A DNA stretch of 63,694 bases, the filler included, from Octopus bimaculoides (taxonomy: Eukaryota), in the NCBI RefSeq assembly GCF_001194135.2. It is 3 parts of 3 records of this genome, joined end to end, with 100 filler letters (N's around TTAATTAATTAA, not from the genome) between each part and the next. Parts side by side here need not be neighbours in the genome. Positions count along the whole stretch, not along the records: positions 58,293 to 63,694 come from NW_026410814.1; 2 more parts are not named here. One strand, given 5' to 3'. A program made the position numbers and the translations under genes. Shown piece after piece: positions 60,993 through 63,694 of this stretch. The stretch's first letter is position 1; each line of letters starts with the position of its first letter. Under the pieces are notes generated by a model that saw only the letters and a program-made list of their open reading frames with translations, had not been told where the DNA came from and searched no databases.

Positions 60993-62496
60993 TTGCTTTC
61001 TTATTTTATTTCTTCCTTCCTTGCGTCAATTTCGTCTTTTATTTTTATTTTTACTTTTATTTTTTTCCCATCTTGGCTTTTTCTTTCCCCCTCATTCCTT
61101 ACATCTTTCCTTCAGTTTTTCTTTTATCTATTATTCTTCATTTCCTTTTGCCTTTCCCTTCTTTCATCTCTTTCTTCTTTACTACTTTCCTTCCTTCCGT
61201 CCCTCCATGTCTTGGCCGGAAGAGTTGGTCGCCATTTTCTCTGTAATCAGTTGATTCTGGACGATTTGCATACGATGGATGGACATTGAGACGAGAAAAG
61301 GACAAGATAGAATAGAATAAACTAGAATGGCAAAAAGTATTAAAAAAAGTAAAAAAAAAATACATATATATATANNNNNNNNNNNNNNNNNNNNNNNNNN
61401 NNNNNNNNNNNNNNNNNNNNNNNNNNNNNNNNNNNNNNNNNNNNNNNNNNNNNNNNNNNNNNNNNNNNNNNNNNNNNNNNNNNNNNNNNNNNNNNNNNNN
61501 NNNNNNNNNNNNNNNNNNNNNNNNNNNNNNNNNNNNNNNNNNNNNNNNNNNNNNNNNNNNNNNNNNNNNNNNNNNNNNNNNNNNNNNNNNNNNNNNNNNN
61601 NNNNNNNNNNNNNNNNNNNNNNNNNNNNNNNNNNNNNNNNNNNNNNNNNNNNNNNNNNNNNNNNNNNNNNNNNNNNNNNNNNNNNNNNNNNNNNNNNNNN
61701 NNNNNNNNNNNNNNNNNNNNNTATATATAAACATAAATATAAATTATTATTCTACAACAAAGGCATCGGCAGATGAAATCATTATCGATTTCATATTTAG
61801 ATATACGGCCAATATTTGCAGTAAAGAATCTGTCGTTGAACAAATAATAACCCCAGCGTATTCCTGTTAAGTGTGGCAATCGAACACACTTCAACAACCA
61901 GAGAAAAAAACAAAAAACAAAACAAAACAAAACAACACTAAGAGCGAGTCCATCAACATTTGAAGGGAAGATTTAGAAGGAGCTGAATGCCAATATTCTA
62001 CCTGAAGCGTAAGAATTATTTTCTTCCTCATGGAATTAAATGTTTGGAATATTTGCTATTTACAATTTGCAGACGTCCATCTTCACGCTTTATTTCGGTT
62101 CTGATTCTACCGTTGTATTATATTACGGCTTTCAGTCTCTCGTTTTGTTTTATTAATTGCTGCATCTAGCACTGAATCAGTGAAGAAGAGTTAGAGCATA
62201 ACCAGGCTGTAACAATGCATTACAAGCACGCACACACAAACACTTATTCAGACATACACAAAAACGCACATGCACACAGACACACACACATAGACACAGA
62301 CTGCACTCCTCTATGTAAAATGATGATTTGCATAGTTATCCGGAAAATGCGAACGAAAATATGTTACTCGCCGTTGTGCGCGTCTTAAGCGAAAGGCTTT
62401 TTATTACGGCAACAATGTGTTCATGACACACTCGGTTAGCATGTGTAAGGGATTCTACAACGCCGGTATTTGGACATATTGTATCTCCTCTTCTAG

Positions 62497-62597
62497 AACT
62501 ACCCGAACTTTTGAGCCTGAACAAGCCACTGGCTTTGTTTATATTTTCAGCGAACAACATACACAAACACACAATGAATTCGTCTCTCAATTTCCAT
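62497..62597 (+). CDS. Candidate orphan exon TTRTFEPEQATGFVYIFSEQHTQTHNEFVSQFP
   Basis: Acceptor tatctcctcttctag|, donor T|gtatga, 33 open codons in non-repetitive sequence. Confidence 0.35.
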
Positions 62598-62899
62598 GTA
62601 TGAGTTGAACAGCTGTCAGACTACCCACACTGAGTATTTGCTTTCAATAGTGAAGGCTTGTAGAACCAACCACAGTTATTGGAAATGTTCGGAGGAGAAA
62701 GTTGGTGTAAATGTTTGTCACAAAATACAAATGCCAAATGAACAAATTGCCTGAGGCTTTTCTGTTCTCCGTCTCATGGGCTGGTTGCCTTCACCATGTC
62801 ACAGTCTTCAACCCACCATGTTTGTCTGAATAAATGCATGTTTCGTTCCAAACTAGACACTCCAAACACTTCATGCACACAAACACAGACACACACACA

Positions 62900-62974
<75 letters not shown>

Positions 62975-63694
62975 CTGGCTTCTTTCAGTTCCCGTCCAAT
63001 AAATCTACTCACAAAGCTTTGGTAGAAGACACTTGCCCAAGGTGTCAAGCAGTGGGACTGAACCCAGAACCATTTGATTGGTAAGCGAGCTACTTACCAC
63101 TTGTTTTTCAATTCTTTGTCATAATTTTGTCAAATTCCATAAGGATTTTGAAAAACAAAACAAAAAAAAAAGAAACATCAAAATCCTCTGAAGCCATCTT
63201 AAAAGCACAATATCCATCTATGCGTCTATTTGTATTTTGTCTGAGGGTGAGCAAGGCAGCGTAATCTATTTTCTAAGAGTTGAAGCCACAACGAAACTGC
63301 ATTCGAAATGTGCTCAAGTCGGGGATGACCTGTGATCCGTCTGCACGCTAACAAAGGTCATGTCTATTTTATTTGATAGTCGAAGCAACTGCTTATGCAC
63401 ATGAAGGTAGTGCCTACTTAATGTTTGTTAGAATTTCCGGTAGAGAGAAAGCATGAAATATGTATTTATCTATCACTGCTTGTAGCACAACGTTGTTGAC
63501 AGTTTTCAAAACTGACATTTTGTTTGAAAGAAGATATGACTGGTTAACCTGTCAGTTCAATCAGTATAATCGTTGTGATTAAATATTTTTTTATACGAGT
63601 CAAAACAGAAAGCATATGAGACGTTTTGGCATAACTGTTTTGGTGCTGCTTATCTGGCATCGCTGATTCGACCCTGATTTATTTCACAGCAGAC

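Noticed and set aside
60651-61289. 212-aa Phe/Leu/Ser-rich 'membrane protein' ORF
   Set aside because: It is a low-complexity pyrimidine tract plus (TTC)n.
1415-61930. Dozens of ORFs rich in YI, CV, HT, LS, poly-L/N/S or X
   Set aside because: They are translations of (TA)n, (TG)n, (TC)n and trinucleotide microsatellites, or read-through of N gaps.

Overview
AT-rich, microsatellite- and gap-rich animal genomic DNA. The repeat landscape (three abundant tRNA-headed SINE families, RTE and CR1 LINE debris, mariner and MITE families) points to a coleoid cephalopod, most likely Octopus; this is inferred, not searched. Two identical 100-bp spacers (44 N + TTAATTAATTAA + 44 N, at 28375-28474 and 58193-58292) show the window is three joined scaffolds: 1-28374, 28475-58192 and 58293-63694. 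The only confidently recognisable protein gene is Death-associated protein 1 (DAP/DAP1, + strand). Three coding exons lie at 44873-47096 and the first coding exon is missing. Best leads: (i) two paralogous ~165-nt structured RNAs with H/ACA hallmarks, each filling a small intron of an apparently non-coding minus-strand host transcript downstream of DAP1; (ii) a tRNA-headed SINE carrying a minimal Penelope-type hammerhead ribozyme motif, present as a head-to-head pair; (iii) two unrelated MITEs sharing GGATCT termini and 8-bp TSDs, one with an inverted telomeric junction at its centre; (iv) a mariner derivative built from two 5' ends, present twice; (v) a chain of phase-compatible small exons of an unidentified + strand gene in the first scaffold. 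Nearly all ORFs in the supplied track are microsatellite or N-gap artefacts.
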